A stretch of 64,000 nucleotides of DNA from NCBI RefSeq assembly GCF_006345805.1, contig NC_042998.1:178994001-179058000 (forward strand), in the 5' to 3' direction. The translations under genes were made by a program, and so were the position numbers. Below, piece after piece: positions 25,851 to 41,493 of the stretch (positions within the stretch are counted from its first letter, which is position 1; every line of letters begins with the position of its first letter). Origin of the DNA: Octopus sinensis (Eukaryota). The notes under the pieces were generated by a model. It made no database searches. It was given only the letters and a program-made list of their open reading frames with translations, and had not been told where the DNA came from.

Positions 25851-28103
25851 CTAAATGAGTAGAACAATGACAGTTGAAGTTAAAATAAGATGTTTTAATG
25901 ATATCAAAGTAATGAACATTTTTTATCTTTAGAAAATAAAGTGATATTCGTTAACAGTTCTGAATTTAAATCAGTTCAAATCTGAAGTCGACTTCGACTA
26001 TATATTAATTTACTCGAATCGATTTAAGGGAGTGTATCTCCTGACATATGAACTAGCTTCTTTTCCCCAAACATTAGAAATACTAATTAAGAATGAAGTA
26101 AAAGCGAGTAACAGAAAATAAGAAGGAAGCAAATTCACAGTACCCCGTTTCTTTGCTTCCTAAAATATTTAACAGTTTAGAACGCAAACACTACACAGTG
26201 AAAAAATAATCAGTCTGCAAGGCGAATCCACAAACCATTTTCTATTCCTAGTTGAAGCTATTTCATTTCAATTACTCTGCTCTAAAGCTCATGGAGAAGG
26301 CATGAACGCCATACAATTTTATTCCTTTTCCTTATAAATTCGTGACATTGAACCTTAAAATGCTACCCCAAACATGTCTCAGAAATCCTTAACAACTAAA
26401 ACATTTTGTAATCTCAGCTTTTTCATGTAGGAACACTATAAAATAGTAATTAACTCCTAGAGTATTAAATGAGCAATTCAGTTTTAATTCTAGTTGGGTG
26501 TCATGTGTTTGTAAATTCGACTAGAGTTGGTGATGGATGGGATTACATTAGATAAACTAAATCTTAAAACACTATGTAAAATATAGTTTTCTGTGCTGAT
26601 GTAATCTCCCAGTGGGATTCAGCGTGGTGGTATTTCACAGCCGCAAATCCGATCTGTTTTAGGGGGAAGCTGTGGCTGTTAAATCCTCTTAGGACAAATT
26701 CATTACAAATACAGCCCAAATATTTGTTCCTCATATATAAGATATCATCAAATAATAGGAAATCTCATTATCAATATCAATATAAACACTAACCAAATAT
26801 ATTACAGATTTAGTATTGTCGGGTCAGAAAATAATCCCTAATTTACTGCTCATTAAATATTGGTTTCAAATTTAGACACAAGGCCAGTAATTTTGAGGGA
26901 CGGGATAAGTCGATTACACCGACCCTAGTGCTCAACTGGTACTTATTTTATTGACTCCGAAAGAATGGACGGCAAAAACCTCGGCAGAATTTGACCTCAG
27001 AACGTAACCTTGGACAAAATACTACAAAGCGTTCTGCCTGGTGTATTAACGATTCTGCCAGCTTGCTGCCTTCTGTTCATTAAATATTCATTTCACTTGG
27101 CTTAGAAATAACGAAGCAATTTGTTTCGCGGAACAGAAGTTGTTGGATACTTGAATCCCATTAATACATTACTGGTACGCATTTTTTTTTTATTAAACCT
27201 TAAACCATAAAACAAAGTCGAATACGTAAACTCAGAACACGTAGAAAGATCAAAGTACGTTTTGGCAAAAGCGATTGAGTGCATCTTTTACATTTTAAAT
27301 GATTCGTTCAGTTGTTTCTGTTAACCTAATATAAACTCTTAGCTCAAATTGCAATTTGCTCAATATATATTCCAATTATTTATGAAAAACTCTGTATCTT
27401 CTACTCATGAATGATACACACCATTGCCATTTTTAATCACACTAATCTCTCACATTCTTCAAAGAACCCAGAATGCATCGCAAAATGTTGGTTTCCTCAA
27501 TAGATTTTTTACACAGCACAAATGCATCGTACACTCGGACTAACAAGATTATTTGGTAGAGTTTGAATGAAAGCTTGTTCCTGTACCACGCGCGTGTGCA
27601 CATACACGCACACACGTTCATCTGTCTCATAAATCTAAGCTTTTTTGAAAATAAATTTTTTCGAATTTTAAAAATTTATATTTAACTCTACAACTATTTT
27701 AGAAAACAGTAAAAACAGACTCTGTTCTAGTGTCTGTTTAATGGCAATGTCTGACACACACAGCAGACTAGGGAACCACACCTGAGTGAATTCTAATCAA
27801 ATTAATTACAATAAATTACATGTCACGAGTAAAAAAGAAGCTCGTTGCTTCGGGCATACATTTTCATTGGTGTGAGATGAAAGGTTTAGTGGTTACAATA
27901 GTTGTGGTTTTAATCTGAACATAAACCCAAACGATTTACTAGTATATAAAAAGAGTAAGGCCTTGTTTCACTTGGTGATCCTGGAAATGAAACAACTGAA
28001 GTCGGCAGAAAATGTTGTTTACCGGAAACTCGGCAGGGAGAGCGAAAGAAACCCTGCATAACAAATTGGTACTTCTAAAATCTGGTGTCTTAAAAAATGC
28101 CTT

Positions 28104-28139
<36 letters not shown>

Positions 28140-28718
28140 ATATCTTGAACAATTATACCAGTTATCGATTGCTTCTTTATCGACAAGCTACTTCACAAGA
28201 TATTGTTTGTAGACAGCTGCTGCCCACTAATATATAAGCTTTATGAGGCAAAGCAATGCGATATGCAACCCAGTGAAGACAGAATCTCGTCCTATACTTT
28301 GATCTTGGTTGCATACTCAACAGTTCCAAGTTTTTCCGTCCGTACATGTGTGTTGTGATTGAAGCATTGGTTCATTACTGCCTACTCTGAATTATGAATT
28401 AATGCCAACAGCACAAAGAAGTTAATTGTACTTTCAGTGTTCATTGTATTAATTCAAAACATCACCTACCACATAATTCCATTCAGTCAATTCAAATTTT
28501 TAATTTCAAATAAAAATATCCTCTCAGTTTTCACTGCTTGATTCGGTCGAGTACAATCGTATATTATTTTACTTTGATTTTATTATGCCGGTCTTGACTG
28601 ACTTCAGTAGTTTGACTTGCTGGATCAAGAAGCAAAACATCGCCGAAAGAAAAACAGCTCAAGCGAGAATAAAACAAATTATAAAAATAAAGCAGAAAAA
28701 AAGAAATATTTTTCTTAC

Positions 28719-28885
28719 GTTCGTTGTCATGCGACCATGGGAAAAAGCAACTAATTGCCATAGCGAAGGATGGCAACTCGCTCTTTTCCATTTCTTACAA
28801 ACCAAAGGTAAAGTGAATATTAAAGTTTTCTGATCTAGAAAACTAAATATCTCGGTTAACAAGTTCTCGTCCAATGAATCTGCGT
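28719..28885 (-). CDS. FBXO41: FBXO41-like gene, F-box exon (..ADSLDENLLTEIFSFLDQKTLIFTLPLVCKKWKRASCHPSLWQLVAFSHGRMTTN)
   Basis: F-box pattern (L.E.LL..IFSFL...L....VCK.W......P.LW). Acceptor ttttcag, donor gtaag; 167 bp, phase 1 to 0. Confidence 0.88.
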
Positions 28886-30165
28886 CTGAAAATGTTCGAT
28901 ATCATTTTATTAATGTTAATACCAGTGTTTCACATGGGGATGATGGTGGCTATGAGGATTGAAAATGGGGTGGAAAAAATAACATACAACTAAAATTAAG
29001 ATCGTCTCCAACTTTTTAAAACTTGTCCAACATCATGGGGGAATATACAAGAGTTATATAGACGCAAAATCTACATTGTCTTCTCATTAATAAAGAGATT
29101 GAAACGGAGTGTTTTTTCTTTGGATGTGGTGGGGGACAGTTTGACGTTTGCCAATCTTAGACACGCTACGTCAAATAATCTTTTGATTTGGCACACGTCC
29201 ATATTCGTACGAAAAGAGTATAAAGTCTGTTTATTATTAATCCCCGTTGTCTTACTAGTCACTATTTCACCAACTCTAAAAGTGATGAATGGTCAAGTCT
29301 AGGAATAGTCTATAGACTCGGCCATCTTCAGTGAATACTGCAATATGGCCGCTCATAACCCTTTCTATTATAGGCACAAAGCCTGCAATTTTGTGGGAAG
29401 CAGGAATGCTAGCCAATTATGTCTTGCCAGTGCTCAAATGATACTTATTTCATCGACTTCAAAAGAATGAAAGGCAAAGTCAATCTCAGCAGAATTTGAA
29501 CCCAGAAAGAAGCCGGAAGTTGGCCGCCCATAATAGCAATAGTTTTTTATTGATGGATTAGAAGTCAGTAGAACGACTGTCAGTACGCTTTGCAGTATAT
29601 AGTTCCGTCCCTTTACATTCTGAGTTCAAATTCCGGCGGAGTTGATCTCGCTTTTAATCCTTTCTAGTACTGGGAATGATTTTATCGACTATCTCACCCC
29701 CAACAAATTTATTGCATTGTACTATAACTAAAAATCACGATGTATTACTCAATTGGAAAATCACAGCAAGAATAAAGTTGAGTGTTAAATGAATTAGTCT
29801 CCTCATTAGCTCTGCCGAAGGGCATCATTCTTAACATAAATCATTATTACTTAGAGCTACCTCTAAATAAAATTCACGCTTCTACTTCTCCAAATAAAGC
29901 ATTGTATTTTAGTTATTGTATAAGACGGCGAACCGGCAAAATGCTTCGAGGCATTTCATCCGTCTTCACATTCTGGGTTCAAATTGCACCGAGGTCGACT
30001 TTGCCTTTCATCCTTTCGGGTTCGATAAGATAAGTACCAGTGAAACACTGGGGTCGATGTAATCGACTACCCTCCTCCTCCAAAATTTCAGGCGTTGTAC
30101 TTCTGTCAGAAAGGATTTTAGTCATCGTGTATTGATAAGTTTATTTTGAAATAAATTCACAATAT

Positions 30166-30560
30166 TCATTTCTATTCTAGGCACAAGGCCCGAAATTTTT
30201 GGGGAGGGAGCCAGTCGATAAGACCGACCCCAGTACGCAACTGGTACTTAATTTATCCATCCCGAAAGAATAAAAGGCAAAGTCGACCTCGGCGGAATTT
30301 GAACTCAGAACCTAAAGGCAGGCACCTATTTCTTTATTACCCACAAGGGGCTAAGCTAAACATAGAGGGGACAAACAAGGACAGACATAGTTATTAAGTC
30401 GATTACATCGACCCCAGTGCGTAACTGATACTTAATTTATCAACCCCGAAAGGATGAAAGGCAAAGTCGACCTCGGCCGAATTTGAACTCCGAACGTAAC
30501 GGCAGACGAAATAGGCTACGCATTTCGTCCGGCGTGCTAACGTTTCTGCCAGCTCGCTGC
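30166..30560 (-). mobile_element. SINE family A dimer
   Basis: Head at ~30560 followed by two bodies; the head-proximal body has the same 3' end as the 58 kb units. Confidence 0.8.
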
Positions 30561-31149
30561 AATTAGTAGAAAGGTTTTAATAATGAAGTATGAAGAACCT
30601 TATAGTTATTGTTAGTTTTTCTGGGGGATGAATAAAGCCACGCGTTTCAAAGCAGAACGAAACTGCTTCGTTTCCCGAAAAAATTATTGGTTAAATATGA
30701 ATAGAAAAAGTTTTAACCGAAAGTCTAAACTGGGTAGGGTAATCATTTTTCCGTTATATTCTGTTGTACCCTCAGTTTCACTAACAGGTTACACTGAATT
30801 ATGTAAAAGAAAATTAATTCGTATGCTTTGAGGAAAAGTATTTCTGACATTTGGGGTTGGGCTCTATCTTCGCATTGCACCAAAACAGCATGCGGGTGAA
30901 TGGTTTCAACGAATTTTAGATTCTTCAAAAAAATGCTAGAACATAATTCTCCATCCACCCCAATCATCACGGGTACGGGCATACAAAATGTCATATTTCA
31001 CAAATTAACTGATTTTTGTAGATCATCATTAATTTCATTCTGTTAGACTTTTTCTATACTTAAGGAAAATTTTTGATTTTCTTTAATACTTTGTAGAAAT
31101 CGGAGAAGATTTGTGTATATACCGAAAATCTATAAGATATAGACACATT

Positions 31150-31165
31150 GATGCATGTGCATAAT

Positions 31166-31203
<38 letters not shown>

Positions 31204-31271
31204 GTATGTAAATATATGCATATGCATGTATGTATATATACATATATACTTATATGTATATATATATGTGT

Positions 31272-31325
<54 letters not shown>

Positions 31326-31466
31326 TATATATGTATGTATATATAAATGTATACATATATGTATATACATATATATATATTATATATATATATATACATA
31401 CATATACATATATGTATATATATAAATGTATATGTATATATTATATATATGTATACATATTTACAA

Positions 31467-31509
<43 letters not shown>

Positions 31510-31574
31510 AACACACACACACACACACATATATGTATATATATATACATATCATATATGTACATTGATGTATA

Positions 31575-31624
<50 letters not shown>

Positions 31625-31655
31625 TAGATGTATAATATATATATGTATATGATAT
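31150..31655. repeat. Long compound (TA)n/(TG)n microsatellite, one of dozens (also 32435-32850, 34903-34990, 38020-38390, 62445-62760)
   Basis: Direct observation; source of the spurious YIYI ORFs. Confidence 0.95.
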
Positions 31656-31656
31656 A

Positions 31657-31856
31657 TTCTTTTACTGGTTTCAGTCATTTGACTGCGGCCATGCTGGAGC
31701 ATCACCTTTACTCGAACGAATCGACCCCAGGACCTATTCTTTGTAAGCCTAATCTATCGGTCCCTTTTGCCGAACCGCTGGGTTACGGGGACGTAAACAC
31801 ACCAACATTGGTTGTCTAGCGATGATGGGGAGACAAATACTGACACGAACATATAT

Positions 31857-31921
<65 letters not shown>

Positions 31922-31933
31922 TATATACATATA

Positions 31934-31974
<41 letters not shown>

Positions 31975-32152
31975 TATACATATATACATATATATATACG
32001 ACGGGCTCCTTTCAGTTTCGTCTACCAAATCCACTGACAAGGATTTGGTCGACCCAAGGTCGACCAGAAGACACTTGTTCAAGGTGCTACGTAGTGGGAT
32101 TGAACCTGGAGCCATGTGGTTGGTAAGCAAGCTACTTACCACACAGCCACTC
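31657..32152 (-). mobile_element. SINE family B, full-length copy
   Basis: Same head and tail as the 25056-25526 copy. Confidence 0.85.
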
Positions 32153-32349
32153 CATATATATATAACATTAAAAAATAATAAATTAAACTGATTAGAACTA
32201 CCAGTGAAGTTATTCTGTTTCTTTTTTCCAATATACCTAACTGTACCAAAAATCTCTCACATTTTCCAATACATATATATGTATATATACATACATACAT
32301 ATATGTGTGTGTGCGTGTGTATAATTAGATAAAGTCAGAAATGGCCGGT

Positions 32350-32416
32350 CTATGGAGTTACCCAGAGTTTCACGTCCATAAAGCGCTTAGATTTACAGCG
32401 TCTCTTCAGACCATAA
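32350..32416 (-). ncRNA. Degenerate type I hammerhead motif
   Basis: Minus strand tatggt CTGAAGA gACG..CGT GAAA CTCTGGG TA actccata. Confidence 0.45.
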
Positions 32417-32435
32417 TGGCAGGTGGCCTATAACC

Positions 32436-32521
<86 letters not shown>

Positions 32522-32668
32522 CATACATACATACATACATACATACATACGTATGTATATGTATGTATGTACGTATGTATGTATGTATGTATGCATGTAT
32601 GTATGTATGTATGTATATATGTATATATATATATATATATTATATATATATACATGCATATGTATGTA

Positions 32669-32731
<63 letters not shown>

Positions 32732-32806
32732 ATATATATATATATATATATACATGTATATGTATATATATATATATATTATATTATATATATATACATG
32801 TATATG

Positions 32807-32854
<48 letters not shown>

Positions 32855-33214
32855 CGAAATATGGATTCATAAAATCCTGTGGCTATCACAGAAAGCTTCT
32901 CTCCCGGAGCAGGCTATCATACCACGCAGTAATCCAATACGGATTACTATGTGGTATATCAAATAGTCATATTATAATCCTCAGAGAGTGAATAGCAATA
33001 ATTTTAACCGAGAAAAAGGTAAGTCAAATCAATGTTACGAACGTTTCGATGAACAAACACCGTTTATTTCATACAACATACAAAATTATGCACTTCATGC
33101 AATAGATTTAGTGTTTATTCACTTCTCCAGACAATATAGTTTGAATCACAAACTTATGAAATGAACTCGCAATGCGGTACGAATTTTCACTACCTCATAG
33201 GCATATCCAACCAC

Positions 33215-33524
33215 CGTGGAGACACATGGCCTAGTGGTTAGAGCAGCGGACTCGCGGTCGAGGGATCGCGGGTTCGAATCTCAGACCGGACGATGAATGT
33301 GTTTATGAGCGAAACGCCTAAGCTCCACGCGGTTCCGACAGAGGGTAATGGCGAACTTCTGCTGACTCTTTCGCCACAACTTTCTCTCACTCTTTCCTCC
33401 TGCAACTTGCAGCTCACCTGCGACGGACCGGCGTCCCGTCCAGGTGGGGAATCTATACGCTAAGGAAACCGGGAAACCGGCCCTTATGAGCCAGGCGTGG
33501 CTCGAGAAGGAACAAACACAACAA
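33215..33524 (+). mobile_element. tRNA-derived SINE (family C), young copy with 13-bp TSD
   Basis: A-box tggcctagtgg, B-box ggttcgaatc, (CAA)n tail. TSD catatccaaccac at 33202-33214 and 33525-33537. Related minus-strand copies near 42790-43100 and 43582-43892. Confidence 0.9.
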
Positions 33525-34900
33525 CATATCCAACCACTAGGCAAATGGACAGTGTCAAAATTAATTTATATCGGTCAAATCAGGACATACGGAAATTAAT
33601 TAAAATAAGTTTCTCCCACGGTCCAAAACATCTTCCTCTCAGCGATAACTTGGTCAGTACTATGATCCCTTAGGTGACATTTTAATACACCCACAGACAA
33701 AATTATATAATTAGCAGTTCAGATAAATACAATAACAAGAAATAATAATAAAAAAATATAGTGATTTTTGTTTATTGTTAATATTATCTTTTATTTTTTA
33801 CTTGTTTTAATTAGTGGACTGTGGTCATGCCGGGGCATCTCCTTCTTATTAACTGGTTTTCGTCCAAATTTACTGCGTGTTTAAATCTGGCCGACTAATT
33901 TTCTTTTATCTTTAGTTCATATCACTTGTATGATTGGATTATTGAAACTATTTTAAAAGGTCCTGCTCTAAGGTTAGACTGATCCTCTTTATCTAAGGCG
34001 AAAAATTTATTCCATATTGTAAACTATTTTAAAGTTATCCTTTGTTCGAAGGTAATGTGTGATTTCGTGATTTATTTGAAAGCCATTGCAATGAAGTTTC
34101 ACACACCACGATATTTGCATCTCTCACTTGACCGCAAAAGTTTGTTTAAACCTACTTTACTGCAATTGATTTCTCCGACACTTACTGTTTGTGGTGCTTA
34201 ATACCTTTTACAACATGTTATTTCTATGTTTATTTAGACATTTTTGTAAAAACTCAATACTTAACACAAACACATAAGCTAACTTAATGATTTATTGAGT
34301 TGATCTAGATACTGAACTGATCAGCATTTTATTAAAACGAATATCAGAAAACATGTAGTCCAATGCTCTGCTCTCTCTAAACATATGATACGTAGCTGGA
34401 TGGCGGTTGGGGTGGCGATGAGAGCAGTCTGCTGCGTGGAGACGGGAGTAGTCCGCCTCGCTTTTATAAAGGCGGCACTTTTGGGTCTACTGTATGATGG
34501 CGGAAGGCTTCGGTGGCAGCAAACCCAAGGGCCGTCCCAAACAGCCCGCACTCAAAATATGCTACTGGTTTCCACCAAAACCATTTCTACTTTCCATAAC
34601 GGCACAGTTTTTCGACGAAGGGATCGATTAAATCAATTTTAGGACTTAACAAATACTATTTTGTCGAGTTCTAGAAGAACGAAAGGTAAACTCCATTCCG
34701 AACGGATTGAAACTCAATCTTATTACGTCTTAAGATTGGGGTACAAGTTACTGTTGACACAATATCTTCAAGAGGCGGCAACTGAGATGCATCTCACCAT
34801 ACCAAGTCAGAATTCCTGTCGCACTTCAGCTTCGGTATGTCTCTAGTTTCGTGTGGTGTATCGTTGCCAACGACATCAATGTAACTGCATGGTCTTCGTC

Positions 34901-36470
<1,570 letters not shown>

Positions 36471-36506
36471 TGTGTATACGTGTGTGCGTATATTATATAC
36501 ATATCA

Positions 36507-36712
36507 CGAGGGGTTGGTGAAAAGTTCTTAAAAGGTGTAGCAAAAAAGTCTGGTTGAAGGGCCAACCTCCCGTGTTCTTTTACAGGGTTTAGAAAAACTG
36601 AAGGACCACTGCAATAAGTGAGCGAATTTAAGAGGGGAATATGTTGAATAAGATCATAATTAACTGATCCTCCTGCATTTTCTTTTGCCCAAAGCCAGGA
36701 ATTTTTCTGCAA
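36507..36712. mobile_element. mariner-derived MITE (same family as 62967-63173)
   Basis: Colinear with 62967-63173 over ~200 bp. Confidence 0.78.
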
Positions 36713-36885
36713 ATATATATATGTATATATATGGATCTTTGAAACGAGATGAAAGCGTTAAATGAATAATTAGCTAAAACTTTCACTGCCTCCTTTTTCT
36801 TACAATATAAAACTTGTACACCACTTCAAACACATGCACGCACACACAGACACACACACACACACAGATACACACACACTATGTA

Positions 36886-38019
36886 CGAGATGGTATCAAA
36901 AAGCTCCCAGACTAGCTTTCTACGCGCCAACAGATGGCAGCATACGGTTGCGTGCGCAGTGAGAGCTAGCAGTGACCTTCATGAGACAGTGTGCCGCGTG
37001 ACATTGCCGTGTTTACTTCGCAAGTTGTGAAATTTGTGCGTTTGTGATCACGGCTGCAATTTTGTCATGGACAGGAAGTTGGGACAAAGAGCCAACGGGA
37101 AATTTTGCATTAGACTTGGGGAGTCTACTACAGAGGCATTGAGCATGCTTTGGCAAGTTTACAGCGACGAGGCAATGGGTCGTATGCGATATTTCGAGGG
37201 GCACAGGCGCTTCAAAAGCGGAAGAACGTCTCTGGAAGACGACGAGCGATTTGGAAGACCCACCACGAGTGCTTCCACCCCACGGAAATGTGGATAAAAT
37301 TCCTCAGCTTGTGCATGAGGATCGTCGGAGGACAATCAACGACTGATTTTTTTGCTGATGTTTTGGTTGCAGGAAATCCTAACGTCTGAATTGAACACGT
37401 GGCATTTCTCTGCTAAGTTTGTCCCCTGCCTGCTGACCACTGGGCAGAAAGAACATCGCGTCAAAGTCTGTCAAGGCACGATAGAGCTGCAGCTCAAACA
37501 AGAGTATGCTCATCGTATTTTTTTCTTCGACATCCACGGTATTGTGCATCGAGAATTCGCCCCCGCCCCACCAGGGCCAGACCATCAATCAAAAGTTCTA
37601 TGGAGACGTTTTGAAGCGTTCGAGGGATGACATTTGGTGAAAGTGACTGGAACTGAGGAGTGCAAAGAATTGGATTCTTCACGATGATAATTTACCCTGT
37701 CACCGAGATCTCCTCATTCGTGAGTTTCTCGCCAAAAGCAACATGGTACCACATCCACACCTGCCCTATTCATCCAGATTTAGCATCTGCAGACTTCCAT
37801 CTCTTCCCCAAGATGAAAAACGCCGTTGTCGAGATTCAGAGCCAATTGCAGAAGGTCCTCGACACGCTTATGGAAAAAGAACTTCAGGTCGGATTCCAAA
37901 AGTGGCCGATGTATTGTTGCGCAAGGTGGGCTATTTCGAAGGCGATGATATTAAAACTTAGGTGAATAAGTTATGCTTTATCAAATACAACCAACCCGCG
38001 AACTTTCTGATACCTCTCG
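36886..38019 (+). mobile_element. mariner (DD34D) transposon relic
   Basis: FKSGRTSLEDDER.GRP, FFDIHGIVH.EF, WILHDDN, HLPYS(S/P)DLASADFHLFPKMK across frameshifts. TIRs ta|cgagatggtatcaaaaag ... ctttctgatacctctcg|ta. Confidence 0.92.
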
Positions 38020-38094
38020 TATATATACATATACTATATGTATTGTATGTGTATATATATGTAAATATATATACATACTACATGTATAGTATAG

Positions 38095-38151
<57 letters not shown>

Positions 38152-38281
38152 TATATATATGTATATGTATATGTATATATACATGTATATACATATGTAC
38201 ATATATATATATGTATATACATATATACATATATATATATGTATATATATATATGTATATACATATGTGTGTGTATATATA

Positions 38282-38388
<107 letters not shown>

Positions 38389-38869
38389 TATGTATGCTGT
38401 TTCACAAAATTTTTATGCCAGCGGGATTTGAACTTGTAGTGTAGAAGATTGGAGCTTATTACTGCAAAGCGTTTAATCCAGAACTCCCTTGCTTTTCTTC
38501 CGGCACTGACGTCATTTCTTTAATGATTGATTTCTGTTTACGACGCACACATTTGTAGAAAAAGAGTATAGACGGTTGAAACTACAGCAGCACGTTACTG
38601 GTATCACGTAGGTGTTCCTTCGAGCCCTGAGTGTTTTCGCATAGTCGCTCGACCTGCTAGAAATAGGAGCAAAATCTTTTGCAAAGCACACGTTACCATT
38701 ACCATGTTTTCTCTTCTTTTTTAAAAAGGAAGTTCACATTAGACTCTGTTGTCTGAGATGAACCATGTCCGAAGCCTGTGATGTCTTTGATTATAGGTCC
38801 GTTCGATCTCACCTTAATTTGGGATCTAATATCACACATTAAGCGCCAGAAATATGGCTAGCGATTGTC

Positions 38870-39045
38870 GAGGATCGGTCCACCCTAAGCGACGCTTTTA
38901 AGAGTCGGTCCACTCTGAGCAACGCTTTTAAGGATAGGTGCATTTTTGGCTCTGCTATATAAGCCTGTAATAGGCTTCACGGCCCAGGAGGGGGCGGCAA
39001 ACTTAATGGTTGCCCCGGGCGGTGGGCAGTCTAGCTACGCCACCT
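38870..39045. mobile_element. hAT-like MITE end with ~31-bp subterminal repeats
   Basis: Ends in ctagctacgccac (hAT-type (CA)GTGGCGTAGCT terminus); tcggtccac.ct.agc.acgcttttaag repeated. Confidence 0.4.
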
Positions 39046-39929
39046 TTAGATGTGATTAAGTATGTTAACAGTAATGTGTATTTGAAATTTATTGTCTACA
39101 TTGCTTGGTCAGAGGGGCAAGGGCAGCGGCCATAATCTATTCCAGGACCTCCGAGACAGCGATTAGTTCAACACCCTGTTGTCTTCGGTACAGCCTTAGT
39201 GTCTTCAAATATTGAACTAGAAGTAAAAGAACAGTACAGGTGCACGGGGTTTTCACTGTTCAGCATTTTCTGTCATAGACTCAGATTAACTATACTTTTA
39301 TTGAACGAAATTTTGTAAACGGAATCTGCGTGGAAGCTCTTCAGGAAGACCATTCTGCTTTGTTGGGGTGTCTAGATTTAATCCATCACGCAGTTTAAAT
39401 CCAGTATTCTGCTTACTTTTCTTCTGCAGAATTTACTGTTACAGACGTTCAGGTTATGTCTTCCACTTGAGGATAACTTTCTCCTTTTTTCTCTCCAGTC
39501 TCGGAAACCCTGAAGAAGGACCTCTGTTTACTAAGCCATAACAAAATAGGATAGTTGCTGTTAGCCTTCTTTTGATTCTTTATAAATTACACTTTTTACT
39601 CCTGAAACAATAAGAAGCTGAACTGATTTTGATTAGAGTTGAACATTTGCACTCTTTTACACCCAGTTATTCAGTGTATGTTATCAAAGATCAAACGAGT
39701 GGAGAGCAGATTCAGAAAAGCAAAGCAGGAAAATGCTACGATGAAAATATATACATGAAACTAGACAGTTGATCGAATAAGCCCAGTTAATAGTAACATT
39801 TCTGTTGAGATTATCTGCTGGTGCGGTTATTTTCACTGGACTAAAGCAGTATTTACCACTGGCTGCAGTTTTCCTTTCTTTTTTCAAATACATAATTACA
39901 CACACACACACACACGCACACATGTATAT

Positions 39930-41420
39930 CATCATCATCATCATCATCATCATCACCATCATTTAACGTCCGCTTTTCATGCTGGCATAGGTTGGACAAT
40001 TTGGCTGGGGCTAGCCAGCTGGAGAGCTGTCCAGGCTCCAATTGTCTGTTCTGGTATAGTTTCTACGGCTAGGTTCCCTTCCTGACCACTTTACAGAGTG
40101 TGCCGGGTGCTTTTTACGTGCCACCGGTACGAATGCGTTTACGTAGCATCTGCAAGACAATGACCTCTCATCCGGGAGAGGGTGTGGGAGCATGGCCATA
40201 AAGTACATGCCTGTGTGTATGGATGGTTGCAATTTGACTTAGCTTGATATGTCTTCTGAAATACAGCAAACCACCATAAGTCCCGGTCCCTTATCATCTC
40301 AGTGAGACCCAACGTCTGAAGATCCTTTCTCACCACTTGGTCTCGCATCTTTCTGGGTTTACCCCTTCCACAGGTTCCCCCCACAATTAGAGATCGACAT
40401 TTCTTTAAGCAATTGTCCCCAACCATATGCATTCTATGACCAGACCAGCGCCGTCTTCTCTCTTGCACACAACATTTGATGCTTCTTATACCTAGTTTTC
40501 CTCATAAATTTATTTACATTCTGTCGCATATGCACCCTGAAATTACCCATCCAGCGGAGCACACTGGTTTCATTTCTTTCAAACCTTCGCAAGCCCTCTG
40601 TAGTCATAACTCATGTTTCACTGCCATGTAGCATAGTTGTACGTACACAGGCATCATAAGCCTGCCTTTCATTCTGAGGGAGAGGCTCTTAGTTACCAAC
40701 AAAGGTAGTAGCTCTTTGAACTTTGCCCAGCCCGTTCTTATTCTAGCAAATACACTTTCAGAACTTCCTCTTCCACTGCTAATTTGGTCGACTAGATAAC
40801 AGAAGCTATCTTCTTCTTCTAAGGATTCCCTTGAGCACTTGAGGAAGTCTATTCTCTGCGCATTTTTAGTGCTTATTGTACCTGTACATTTGACACGCAC
40901 AAGGACTATTTTCTTTATTAACCTTCCTGTGATACCGCTACACTTCTTGTGTCCAAAGCTTGCACTGGGTACAACGTATGGAATTTCTACCAACATATCG
41001 AGCAGAGCCATCTCCCTTCTTACATATCGAGAAGGGACTTGTGATTTGTCTGTTTTCCTACTTACTAGGAATTTCGTTTTTGTTACATTAACTTTAAGGT
41101 CCTTAGATTCCAGATCTTGCTTCCACATCTGAAATTTCTTCTCTAGATCAGGTAGAGATTCAACTATAAGAACAAGATCATCAGCGTAGAGAAGCTCTCA
41201 GTGGCAGCCAGTCTTGAATTCCTCTGTTAAAGCCTGGAGGACTATGATTAACAAGACGGGGCTGAGAACCGATCCTAGGTGAACTCCTACCTGTACACTA
41301 AATTCATTGCTAAACTCATTATCAACCCTCACTTTACTGGCAGCATCCATGTAACAATGGCTTAGAGAAGCTCTCACCAACCACTCATCTATCCATCGTT
41401 TCCGCATTGATCACCAGATA
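39930..41420 (-). mobile_element. RTE-clade LINE, 5'-truncated degenerate RT pseudogene
   Basis: VGVHLGSVLSP.L, LLYADDLVL, LKVNVTKTK, F.YL, RIRTGWAKFKEL, GRGKPRK motifs across frameshifts; (GAT)n tail near 39930. Confidence 0.92.
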
Positions 41421-41424
41421 AAGG

Positions 41425-41493
<69 letters not shown>

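Noticed and set aside
27442-27630. ORF as an extra FBXO41-like exon
   Set aside because: The 28719 and 25850 exons already join in phase and match the family; this piece has no similarity.
30743-30994. 83-aa ORF as a gene or first exon
   Set aside because: No recognisable domain and no convincing phase-1 donor.
31060-32966. Many ORFs reading [18 protein letters not shown] (also near 11.8 kb, 34.8 kb, 38 kb, 62.4 kb)
   Set aside because: Translations of (TA)n/(TG)n microsatellites, which lack stop codons.
33218-33292. tRNA gene (also 1735-1805 and 43025-43100)
   Set aside because: A/B boxes continue into a SINE body with tail and TSD; no complete acceptor stem.
36925-36943. CTCF-like motif ccaacagatggcagca
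   Set aside because: Lies within a mariner relic; a single motif match is not evidence of function.
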